This document shows, in pieces, positions 8,751-17,075 of a stretch of 32,000 nt of DNA. Numbering within the stretch: the first letter of the stretch is position 1; each line of letters starts with the position of its first letter. A program made the translations under genes and the position numbers. The DNA comes from Ignicoccus islandicus DSM 13165 (GTDB lineage: Archaea; Thermoproteota; Thermoprotei_A; Sulfolobales; Ignicoccaceae). Below the pieces are notes generated by a model. That model was not told the origin of the DNA. It saw only the letters and a list, made by a program, of their open reading frames with translations, and ran no database searches. The DNA lies in the NCBI RefSeq assembly GCF_001481685.1, contig NZ_CP006867.1, positions 120,001 to 152,000 on the forward strand. The letters run 5' to 3'.

Positions 8751-11228
8751 TCACATCACCTTCTTTACTTTGACTTTAAAATCAACTAACAAATGAGTTC
8801 CCGTAATTGGATCTATATGATAGGGAGTCTGTAACTTGTTCAATGCTAGATACTTATATTTTGCAAACGGAAGGTCCACTTCGAAACCGTAGTTCGCTGG
8901 GATGAAGACAGTTGTCGGTTCTATAGCATTGGTAACCTTAGCTGGACCCCTAACGCATCCCCACTCGCTGCATACTTCGATTAAGTCACCGTTCTCTATT
9001 CCGAGTTCTTTCGCGCGAGCTTTGTTTATCCAAATTCCAGTGTCGTCGAGTAGGTAAGCCAAGACAGGGTTATCTTGAGTGGACGTATAACTCATGTTTC
9101 TTAGTTTTCCAGTAGTTGCAACGAATTCGTCCTTTCCTAAGGCCCCTCTCATCCATAATGGAGGTACCCATGTGGGAAGCGGATGCCACTCCGGCTTTAT
9201 CTCGCCCTTTCTCTTCTTTATCAAATTGAGTAACTTCAGAGGAAGTATTTCCACTTTACCGCTTGCCGTATTGAGCCAGCCGTTAGTCAATATTTTCTCG
9301 TTCATTTCTAGTCCCCACTCCTCCGAGGTTTGATATACTATTCCGTTCTTCATTATATCATTATAGTTTATTCCCATTTTCTCGCACTGCAACTTAATCA
9401 ATTCGTTCGTAAAGAAGTGTTTCTCGCCGCTATACTTCTTGGCTACTTCAACCAATTCTTCTTCGCATGCTGGACAGATGGCTTTCGCAACCCCTCTAGC
9501 ATACGCTTCAATAGCATTGGAATCGACTTCCTTCAATAGGTCTAGAACGAACTCGTGGAAAGCCTTGCAGTCGCTATCTAAGGCTTGACCACCGACCATG
9601 AATCCCTTAGCGAGACTGAAGGGTATGCCACTTACTTGGTTGGGCCTCTCTAGGTAACTACATTCCGGGATGAAGACGTCCGAGTATAGGACAGTGTCGT
9701 CCTTCAGAAGCCCGAAGTCAAATATCAAGTTTACGTTTTTACTTCTCGCTATCTTCTGGAAGGCTTCTCCCATCATCGTTCTCGCAGGGTTTCCTCCTAG
9801 CACTAATATGACCCATCCGCGCTCCTTTTCAATTAGCTTAAGCAAACCAAAGTAGTTCCTTCCCCAAGGAAGCAACGGACCCTTAGTCTTGGTTCCATCT
9901 GACAGCTCTATCTCGGTTTCGTTTTCTTGAGACCACAAGTCGGAAGGTTTATCGGAAACTGGGGGTCCGGCCACCGGCGGAGAACCTCTTTGTAGAACCG
10001 TAGTAATTCCACCCATTGATAGGACTACTCCACCTCTTCTAAGGAGGCTTCCAAGTAGTATTGATAGTACTGCAGCAGCTCTGTAGGTCTGGAAGTGATT
10101 GTAAAACTTGTTGGCGCTCCATCCAGGTTCTATTGAAACGGGCTTAACAGAACCCATTTCCTTTGCTAGATCTCTAATGACGCTTGCTGGAACTCCAGTT
10201 ACTTCCTCGGCCCACTCTGGAGTGTATTCTTCGACGTGTTTTCGTAACACGTTAAATACTGTCGTTACTTTCACACCGTTATAGTCTCCTTCGAAATATA
10301 GGGATGGAAGTTTGGCCTCGCGCGAGAACTTAAACGATTCGCTCGCTTCATCGTAAACTAGGAAGTCTATTGCGCTAAACTCTTTCATCGGATTCTTTAG
10401 CTTTACTTCCTTTGTTTCTATTGGCTCTAAGGTGGTAGGGTTCACTAGCATGGGTGCATTGGTGTACTTGATCAGATACTCTTCATCGTAAAGTTTCTCA
10501 TTTAATATAACGTTTATTAAGGCTAGCAAGAGCGCTAAGTCAGTGCCCGGCCTTATAGGTATCCACTTATCAGCAACTATGGCCCACTCGCTTAGTCTGG
10601 GATCTACCACTACTAGCTCATACTTTCTCTTGCCTATTCCTGCCTTCCGGGTTTGGCCTACGGCAACGCTTCCTCCCAGATTTCTGCCGAAGGACAAGTA
10701 GAACCTAGTTCTCTTGTAATCTGGTACTAAGTACGCGTGATGACCTGGGACTCCTGAGAATCCCCAAGCGACTAGTTTCGAACCAATACACGTACTTAAT
10801 GGCATTACTATTACGTTAGGCGTGCCTAGGGCCTTTGACAAAGCACCGACTACTTCCGGATTATGTCTCGCTGCGATAGCTTGACCTAAAATTACGACTA
10901 CTTTGTTGCTTTCCCCTTTCTCTTTTAGCATTCTTATCTCGTTCGCTACTATGCTTAAAGCTTCCTGATAGCTCGATTCCCTAAAGTTCCATTCCCCTCT
11001 TCTTCCACCGTTCCTTATGAGCGGTTTCGTGAGACGACTAGGCATGTCTTGCAAATATATACCGCTGTTACCTCTAGGGCATATCCTCCCATCGTTGTGA
11101 TAAATTGCATTAGGATTGCCCCTTATCCTTACTACTTCGCCATCCATCACTTCCATTATTACGCTACAACTGGCCGTACACATCCTACATATATGAGGAA
11201 CTTCCCTTATCTCCTTCATTTCGTTCAC
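8751..11228 (-). CDS. Molybdopterin (Mo/W-bisPGD) oxidoreductase catalytic subunit, Psr/Ttr/Arr/Sre-like
   Basis: 825 aa. The N-terminal FS0 cluster motif C14-x2-C17-x3-C21...C50 (HICRMCTASC...RICPRG) is present. Cys147 (PLSTCIGSK) is the candidate metal ligand. The C-terminal beta-barrel domain is typical of the family. There is no twin-arginine leader. Confidence 0.9.
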   Translation of the reverse strand: MNEMKEIREVPHICRMCTASCSVIMEVMDGEVVRIRGNPNAIYHNDGRICPRGNSGIYLQDMPSRLTKPLIRNGGRRGEWNFRESSYQEALSIVANEIRMLKEKGESNKVVVILGQAIAARHNPEVVGALSKALGTPNVIVMPLSTCIGSKLVAWGFSGVPGHHAYLVPDYKRTRFYLSFGRNLGGSVAVGQTRKAGIGKRKYELVVVDPRLSEWAIVADKWIPIRPGTDLALLLALINVILNEKLYDEEYLIKYTNAPMLVNPTTLEPIETKEVKLKNPMKEFSAIDFLVYDEASESFKFSREAKLPSLYFEGDYNGVKVTTVFNVLRKHVEEYTPEWAEEVTGVPASVIRDLAKEMGSVKPVSIEPGWSANKFYNHFQTYRAAAVLSILLGSLLRRGGVVLSMGGITTVLQRGSPPVAGPPVSDKPSDLWSQENETEIELSDGTKTKGPLLPWGRNYFGLLKLIEKERGWVILVLGGNPARTMMGEAFQKIARSKNVNLIFDFGLLKDDTVLYSDVFIPECSYLERPNQVSGIPFSLAKGFMVGGQALDSDCKAFHEFVLDLLKEVDSNAIEAYARGVAKAICPACEEELVEVAKKYSGEKHFFTNELIKLQCEKMGINYNDIMKNGIVYQTSEEWGLEMNEKILTNGWLNTASGKVEILPLKLLNLIKKRKGEIKPEWHPLPTWVPPLWMRGALGKDEFVATTGKLRNMSYTSTQDNPVLAYLLDDTGIWINKARAKELGIENGDLIEVCSEWGCVRGPAKVTNAIEPTTVFIPANYGFEVDLPFAKYKYLALNKLQTPYHIDPITGTHLLVDFKVKVKKVM

Positions 11229-11234
11229 CTTACA

Positions 11235-12140
11235 TTATATTAAAATAGAAGTAACCAAGAAGAAAATCCAACCTAAAGCGTTCAAACCTATTATCAAGCT
11301 CTCCTTCGAATCAGCAAATTCGCTGCCGTATTTCCAATAGTACAGTTTGTACGGTTCCCTCTGTAGTCTCTGAAGTTGGGGGTAGTACGCACCCAGCATT
11401 TTCTCTATGAACACTCCAACTACCGCTAGTGGTGCCAGTAATGGATGTATTAGAGAAAGTACAAGCGGTACAGCGAAGTACAAGTACAACTTGAGCGGAT
11501 ACCTCTCAAGCCAGTATTCCCAGAAATTGATCAGTAGGTACGCGAATACAGCAAAGCCTAATGCGATCGGCTCATATACACCGAATGCTGTTGCGACGCT
11601 TAGGCCTAGCACGGCGGCGGAGAGCCAGAATATGCCTATTTTCCCTATACCTCTCCATCCTTCTATAGTACTCGTACCCATGGTCATTGCTAAATTGCTC
11701 TCTAGTAGTATGCCTAAGGCCATTGAAGCAATAGCTGAAATTGAAGATGGGAGTAAGAGGAACCATAATAGCGAGAGGAAGTAGAGACTGTAGAAAACGA
11801 GGTTCCATGCTATCCTCGAGCGAGGTTGAAAAGACGTTATCATGTGAAGTATGTGATCGGGTCTACCTAGATCTAATATAACTAACACCCAAGCTGGTAT
11901 TAAGCTCAATATAGCTGCAACGACCATTCGCGGTTCTTGTATTCCTAGGAGATATAGCGAACCTGCTACCAGAGCCAGTCCTATTGATACGGAAGCGAAG
12001 AACATGTATGCAGGGACCATTGCTTTCCACGTTATTGAATTTCTCTTTACTAAATCAATCCCTATTAGCTCCCTCCATTTGAGGAGGGCTACCGCTATGG
12101 CGGCAACACCTATAATGAAGAAAAGTATCGCCGGAAGCAT
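11235..12140 (-). CDS. NrfD/PsrC-family polytopic membrane anchor
   Basis: 301 aa with about 8 hydrophobic helices. It carries the family-typical LDLGRPDHILHMITSFQPRSRIAWN segment. It is the first gene of the operon, 6 nt upstream of the catalytic subunit. Confidence 0.8.
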   Translation of the reverse strand: MLPAILFFIIGVAAIAVALLKWRELIGIDLVKRNSITWKAMVPAYMFFASVSIGLALVAGSLYLLGIQEPRMVVAAILSLIPAWVLVILDLGRPDHILHMITSFQPRSRIAWNLVFYSLYFLSLLWFLLLPSSISAIASMALGILLESNLAMTMGTSTIEGWRGIGKIGIFWLSAAVLGLSVATAFGVYEPIALGFAVFAYLLINFWEYWLERYPLKLYLYFAVPLVLSLIHPLLAPLAVVGVFIEKMLGAYYPQLQRLQREPYKLYYWKYGSEFADSKESLIIGLNALGWIFFLVTSILI

Positions 12141-12270
12141 CAGTTATTGACCCAATAGTTTGACTGACTAGACAGTAAAAAGCATTCTCTTAACCAATTG
12201 GTCAACTTGGTGTCATTTCCATCACTAATCGCTTAATTACGCTATTGCGTGACTACTATTCAGATAGGGT

Positions 12271-13023
12271 GTGCTAGAGTTGATCTGTAGAGTATCACCC
12301 TTCGAGAAAAGAACTTCAGTGTGTTTGATAGCCTATAATATGCCTCTAATAGGAGATAGGGATCCGAGGCGATTGCCCCTGCTAGCAGTGAAAGTCAGTG
12401 TTGGTAAGGCCGTGGAGAAGGGGGCTCTCCATTACCTCACTTACGAATGGAAGAAAGGTTGGAGCGAGTGGCTTAGGGAATCGATTGAGTCGTTCCCTTC
12501 GGTTCTCGAGCATATCACCATGACGTTTCTAATAGAAGGTATATCGAGGGTAACCTCTCACCAGCTGGTTAGACATAGGCTGGCCTCCTACACTCAAGAA
12601 AGCCAGAGGTATTCTGAAGCTAGAATTCTGAGAAGCGTTGGTGCGGAAAACTTAGAGGAAGCTTTCGAGAAATGGAGCAGGGTATTGGGCGAAGCCAACC
12701 TTAAGGTTGTGGAGAGAACGTGCGTTTTGCCCTTTGAGGACTCGTGGAGAACGTGTGCTTCTTCGATTTTAGAATATATTACGTGTCGATTAAACGGATA
12801 TAAGATGGAAGATTGTAGGTACGTCTTACCTCAAGCTATGAGGACTTCCCTTCTAATGACTACGAACCTCAGGGAATACTTACACGTAATTAAGTTGCGT
12901 TCGGATAAAAGGGCTCAATGGGAAATTAGGGGCATAGCAATTGCTATGAAGGAATTAATAGAGACAGTCGTACCGGATCTTAACTTAGAAGGGAATATAT
13001 CGAAAGAAGCAGAGATAGAGTAG
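12271..13023 (+). CDS. thyX: Flavin-dependent thymidylate synthase ThyX
   Basis: ThyX signature RHRLASYTQESQRYS (RHR-x7-S plus SQRY) in a 250-aa ORF with a GTG start. Confidence 0.85.
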   Translation: MLELICRVSPFEKRTSVCLIAYNMPLIGDRDPRRLPLLAVKVSVGKAVEKGALHYLTYEWKKGWSEWLRESIESFPSVLEHITMTFLIEGISRVTSHQLVRHRLASYTQESQRYSEARILRSVGAENLEEAFEKWSRVLGEANLKVVERTCVLPFEDSWRTCASSILEYITCRLNGYKMEDCRYVLPQAMRTSLLMTTNLREYLHVIKLRSDKRAQWEIRGIAIAMKELIETVVPDLNLEGNISKEAEIE

Positions 13024-14011
13024 CTAATACTAAGATTACGTACCTGGTATTGAGTTTCATCGCGAGTCTGTTTGAAACGAACGCAACGAGTAGAGGAGGT
13101 ATTGAATACACTATTGCGTAGAGCGTAAACAGTGGAATCCTCAAGGTTGGAGGTAGCGAGGACACGAAGGATATTGCACTTAAGTAAGCTCCTATTACGC
13201 ATGGAGACATAGCTATAGTAGACGCAAAGATTCCTATTAGAACCGGTGACGCGCGCGACAAGGCCATTCTAGAAAGTTTGGACGAAAGCGTCCCAAAGAA
13301 CTTCGATAGCCTCCTCCAAGGCTTTGCACTTAAGACAATCATGATTGAAGCAGCTATGATGCCTATAATAGAGTAGATCTTGTTTGCGCTTACTTGGGCT
13401 AACATCGTCCCTAATGCAATGTGAGCAGTAGAGTAGGCAATCACGAACTTTAATACGGCCTTCCAATACTCTTTGCGATCAGACTTCAAGTATACTGCAT
13501 TGAGTAACGAGAAGACGGCTAGACCTACTGGGTTAAGCGAGTCAATTGTCATTGAAACGAGAAGGGGCACTAAATTAATAGTAGTTTCGTTTAAGCCGTT
13601 TCTAGCAACTACGCTCCAAAGCTTTTCTCCATAAAATACCTTTATTTCACTTGTTCCCGAACAATTCATTAAAGAGTACCAGAAGGCGTCGTCCTTAACT
13701 AGACCAATAACTAAGTACCTCAATGTGTCGTTACAGTACACTGCAGAAACAGGTACTTGAAACGGGAGACCGCTCCTCTCTATTAGTTCGGAAACTTTAG
13801 GCACTGGTTCAACGTTTCCTACCTTATCAATTGGTAACCAGACTAACTTGAATCCGTACCTATTGGATAATAGTTCCAAGTAATTTTTCATCTCAATACA
13901 TGGCGGTCCATTCGAAACTCCTATTAAGTAAACGGTAACGTTGTTTGCTAGTAAGGTTACGTTGATCAAAGTAACTAGGGCCTTTACGCTTACGTTTGAG
14001 CAAACCACCAT
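12980..14011 (-). CDS. Membrane protein: N-terminal thioredoxin-fold-like domain plus CcdA/DsbD-like transmembrane domain
   Basis: N-terminal anchor, then VYLIGVSNGPPCIEMKNYL, where the CxxC position reads GPPC. About 6 C-terminal TM helices contain AMSPCVIGAY. The architecture parallels the CDS at 30677. The 3' end overlaps thyX by 44 nt. Confidence 0.5.
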   Translation of the reverse strand: MVVCSNVSVKALVTLINVTLLANNVTVYLIGVSNGPPCIEMKNYLELLSNRYGFKLVWLPIDKVGNVEPVPKVSELIERSGLPFQVPVSAVYCNDTLRYLVIGLVKDDAFWYSLMNCSGTSEIKVFYGEKLWSVVARNGLNETTINLVPLLVSMTIDSLNPVGLAVFSLLNAVYLKSDRKEYWKAVLKFVIAYSTAHIALGTMLAQVSANKIYSIIGIIAASIMIVLSAKPWRRLSKFFGTLSSKLSRMALSRASPVLIGIFASTIAMSPCVIGAYLSAISFVSSLPPTLRIPLFTLYAIVYSIPPLLVAFVSNRLAMKLNTRYVILVLATLSLLLSIYSLLS

Positions 14012-14013
14012 GA

Positions 14014-14538
14014 TTACACCACCTTGTTAACCACTCGGTAAAGCTTCAGAAGGTAGTTTAATGGAAATAGCAACACGTGAAGGTCGTTACTAAATAAGGA
14101 TATCAACAAAGCTACGACGCACGAGTAGTGTAACCAAAGAGTAAGGAAGGAGAAGTGAAATGCAAGTAACGTACCCGTTACTATACAGCAGAACATGGAT
14201 ATAGAGGTTGGGTTCCTCTTTATAATCAAGTTAACTAAAGAGATCGCGAGGAGCGCGAGATCTAAGACGGTCGTTGCTTCTAATTCGTATTCGTATTTAA
14301 CTATTCCCCAGATGAACGTCAAGTAATATAAGGGGAGGGTTAAGTAAGCGTAACCTAGTATGAGAGCGTAAGCCCTCTTGATTTCGCCCTTAAGGAAGCT
14401 GAGTGGTATTAACGGTGCCAAGAACAACGCTGCCTTCCAGCCAACTAAGGGCCATATTATTTTAGATGCTATATGGAACAACATGAAAGGTATTATCGTG
14501 AGGTGAACAATTAGTGAGATAATCGCCCTAAGCTTCAT
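14014..14538 (-). CDS. Small polytopic membrane protein, unknown function
   Basis: 174 aa with about 5 hydrophobic helices. It stops 2 nt before the start of the downstream Trx-like/DsbD-like gene, so the two look like an operon pair. Confidence 0.5.
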   Translation of the reverse strand: MKLRAIISLIVHLTIIPFMLFHIASKIIWPLVGWKAALFLAPLIPLSFLKGEIKRAYALILGYAYLTLPLYYLTFIWGIVKYEYELEATTVLDLALLAISLVNLIIKRNPTSISMFCCIVTGTLLAFHFSFLTLWLHYSCVVALLISLFSNDLHVLLFPLNYLLKLYRVVNKVV

Positions 14539-14649
14539 TTCCTAACCGGCTAGTTAGGCATCATAGGCCAATATATAAGTTGTAATTCAATAACGCTCTT
14601 CAATGAATATATATAACTTAAAGGAGAACTCTAATCGGGTAATTGAAGA

Positions 14650-15318
14650 TTGGATGAACACATATTTACGCTGAAGATAGGCTTTCTGAGAGTAGTAAAC
14701 GGCATGGGATGTGGTGAAGAGATACAAGAGATATGGCCTAACATAAGGAACATCGGAATGTCACCCAGCGGATTTATTCACGTAAGGAATAACAAGAAGT
14801 TCATTGCCAGTCTCCTAATTGACATTGGTTCAGATCAGTACTATGGGGCTGTGATAGTTGAAACGGAACTACCAGATCCTAAGCCCCTCAGGGGTCCTTC
14901 TTATATATCTGCAATTGGTGCTGAGGCAGCCCGACTCTTAATAGATATGTATAAGAACGTAACGATCGAAGGTGAAAGGGAGGAAACCATACTAAAGTAC
15001 AAGGATAAGAGCGTCGGTCTTAAGGAACTGTGTAAAATATGGGACGAGAGGGTGGTTCCGAGCGCAATAAGGTTGAAGGACATTAGAAGCGGTACAGAGG
15101 TGGTGTGCTCAACACCTATCTACGTCAACATGGAAGACGTAATAGATGATTTACCTAAGGTAGGAGCCGGTAGCGTTAGGGGAACTTCTAACGTCCTTAA
15201 ACCTCTCTGCTACTCGGATCCATTTACTGTAGTAATAGCCGAAAGCAGTCTCGGGACAACCCTAATAGCCATAGGCGGAGAGGAAGGGATGGGAATAGGC
15301 GAGGAAATTTTCCTATAA
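14650..15318 (+). CDS. Hypothetical cytoplasmic protein
   Basis: 222-aa ORF with a TTG start and no recognisable motif. It ends 1 nt before the coiled-coil membrane protein gene. An AT-rich divergent promoter region lies at 14570-14625. Confidence 0.5.
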   Translation: MDEHIFTLKIGFLRVVNGMGCGEEIQEIWPNIRNIGMSPSGFIHVRNNKKFIASLLIDIGSDQYYGAVIVETELPDPKPLRGPSYISAIGAEAARLLIDMYKNVTIEGEREETILKYKDKSVGLKELCKIWDERVVPSAIRLKDIRSGTEVVCSTPIYVNMEDVIDDLPKVGAGSVRGTSNVLKPLCYSDPFTVVIAESSLGTTLIAIGGEEGMGIGEEIFL

Positions 15319-15319
15319 G

Positions 15320-16936
15320 GTGATCGACATGGCAACGGAAGACTTAGTCTTGAAGGTAATTATGGAGGACGCTGGTTGCACAACGTTAACTAAGGATTGC
15401 ATTGAGAACATCATCGAACTCGTAAAGGAAGGTAAGTATCCTAAACTAGACGAGGACGAGCTCAAGGCACTTGATGAGAGCCTGTCTAGGCTCATATTAA
15501 GGGGTGCTATAAGAGATCCCAAGCTCTCCGAAGAAGCTAGCGCCCTCGGACTTCAGAAGACGGCTGAGGCGTTAGCGGGCGAGTATACAGAGAAAGAAGA
15601 AGCACCTAAGGCCCAACCCCCTATGCCTTCGGTAAACAAGCAACCTACTAGACCGGTTCAGCAACCTATGCGAGTTCAAGAAGCGCCTCCTCAACCACCC
15701 GCTCCCCAAACTATAATTAGGGTCAAGACCAGTAAAGTTCCAGCGCTCTTGTCCTTAATTTCTCTAATAGTAAGTTTGGGACTGGCCTCACTTATCTTGG
15801 GCCTAATCACCTTACCCGAATTGCAGATACCGTCCACCTACACTATGCAACAATACGAACTCCAACTAAAGCAACTCGAGTCTAAATTAATGGAATTCCA
15901 AAAGAGTGTTGATTCAAAACTATCGAGCTTAGAGAATAAATTATCGAAACTGGAAGAGAAATCTAATATAATATCTTCTAAACTTTACAATTCTACCACT
16001 ACGTTAACCAGAGAAATATCCAAGTTAAAGAACGATGTGAAAGACTTGGAGAAGAGAACTGACGTAATTGAAACAGCTATAGAGAACATACAGTTCCGAG
16101 TGAAGTATCTGAACGAAAGCTTCTCCTCTGAGTTAAACGCTATTAATGAGAAGATAATCCAGCTGAATTCAAGTTACACTGCCCTTAAGGGTATGGTATT
16201 AAATATTAAGAAGCACGTGGAAGAAATGAGGACGCAATTAAACGTTCTTAACGAGAAGATAGTTGAATTAAAGGCGAACTTAACCAACTACGCCAGCAAG
16301 AGCGACCTCGTTATCCTATTCAATAAGTTGAACAATACTGAAGAAGAAATCACTGAATTGAGGAACACTCTCAAGTACCTTTCAACCAACCTCGCTCGCA
16401 ATTCAACGAGAATAGAATTAATAGAAAAGGAAGTAAACAGACTTTCTAAGAATGTAGATACATTAGAGAGAACGCTAGAGACCCTAAGCAACGTAACCTC
16501 GAAGATAACTGCAATTGAAAGCAAGTTACGGAACCTCAGGATGGAGATTCAAAGCCTTAATAGTAGTTTAGTTACCATAGAGAAAGATCTAGTTGAAAAG
16601 TTTAATGCAGTGAACGTAACCTACTCGAAGTACGTGAAGAAACTAGAAAACGAGATAACTGAATTACAGCGCGAGCTAGAGGCAGTGAAGAACGATTTGA
16701 AGGAAACTAAGGAAAGCATTAAGGAAATGTTATTAAAAGCATTGAATGATAAAGAAGTTATGGATAGGCTCGCTAAGAACTTGATAGATAAATCTCATCT
16801 AGATAAAAGGATAGCAGAAATCTTGTTACAACAAGGAAGCGCGTTCTATACGATGGTCCAGAGAATAGCCCTAGAGGTATACTATCAGATCTATCAAAAC
16901 GCGAGCTTTCCCCAAACGCTAGTACCTGTAGGGTGA
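15320..16936 (+). CDS. Type-II-oriented membrane protein with a long extracellular coiled-coil stalk
   Basis: About 95-aa N-terminal globular domain, a P/Q-rich linker and one TM helix (residues about 141-165, nt about 15740-15814). The TM is preceded by RVKTSK, consistent with the positive-inside rule. About 370 aa of heptad-like sequence follow, carrying 10 N-x-S/T sequons. Confidence 0.7.
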   Translation: MIDMATEDLVLKVIMEDAGCTTLTKDCIENIIELVKEGKYPKLDEDELKALDESLSRLILRGAIRDPKLSEEASALGLQKTAEALAGEYTEKEEAPKAQPPMPSVNKQPTRPVQQPMRVQEAPPQPPAPQTIIRVKTSKVPALLSLISLIVSLGLASLILGLITLPELQIPSTYTMQQYELQLKQLESKLMEFQKSVDSKLSSLENKLSKLEEKSNIISSKLYNSTTTLTREISKLKNDVKDLEKRTDVIETAIENIQFRVKYLNESFSSELNAINEKIIQLNSSYTALKGMVLNIKKHVEEMRTQLNVLNEKIVELKANLTNYASKSDLVILFNKLNNTEEEITELRNTLKYLSTNLARNSTRIELIEKEVNRLSKNVDTLERTLETLSNVTSKITAIESKLRNLRMEIQSLNSSLVTIEKDLVEKFNAVNVTYSKYVKKLENEITELQRELEAVKNDLKETKESIKEMLLKALNDKEVMDRLAKNLIDKSHLDKRIAEILLQQGSAFYTMVQRIALEVYYQIYQNASFPQTLVPVG

Positions 16937-16938
16937 GA

Positions 16939-16995
16939 GGCTCAGCGACCGTGGGAGAGCTCATCGCATCGCTGCCCTATCGGGTCATCATTGCC
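16939..16995 (-). ncRNA. Candidate C/D box sRNA (2'-O-methylation guide)
   Basis: The minus strand reads GGC-A-AUGAUGA(C)-CCCGAUAGGGCA-GCGA(D')-UG-CGAUGA(C')-GCUCUCCCACGGUCG-CUGA(D)-GCC. The C and D boxes are perfect, a 3-bp terminal stem (GGC/GCC) is present, and the length is 57 nt. It is intergenic. A TATA box (TTTATAAT on the minus strand) lies about 24 nt upstream. Confidence 0.45.
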
Positions 16996-17015
16996 ATGAG
17001 AATCCTCACGCTTTC

Positions 17016-17023
17016 ATTATAAA
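17016..17023 (-). promoter_or_regulatory. TATA box positioned for the candidate C/D sRNA
   Basis: ATTATAAA on the plus strand equals TTTATAAT on the minus strand. It is centred about 24 nt upstream of the GGC that opens the sRNA terminal stem. Confidence 0.4.
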
Positions 17024-17075
17024 CCTCACGTAACACTGAACCCTTTTTAGGCTCGCTCAATGAGGGTTATCTGGA

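Noticed and set aside
14014-14538. A VKOR-like thiol oxidoreductase call for the 174-aa membrane protein, based on MFCCIVTG resembling the VKOR FCIVC region and on adjacency to a Trx-like protein
   Set aside because: The cysteines are adjacent (CC) rather than CxxC, and the loop cysteine pair of VKOR is absent. The similarity is too weak to call without a profile search.
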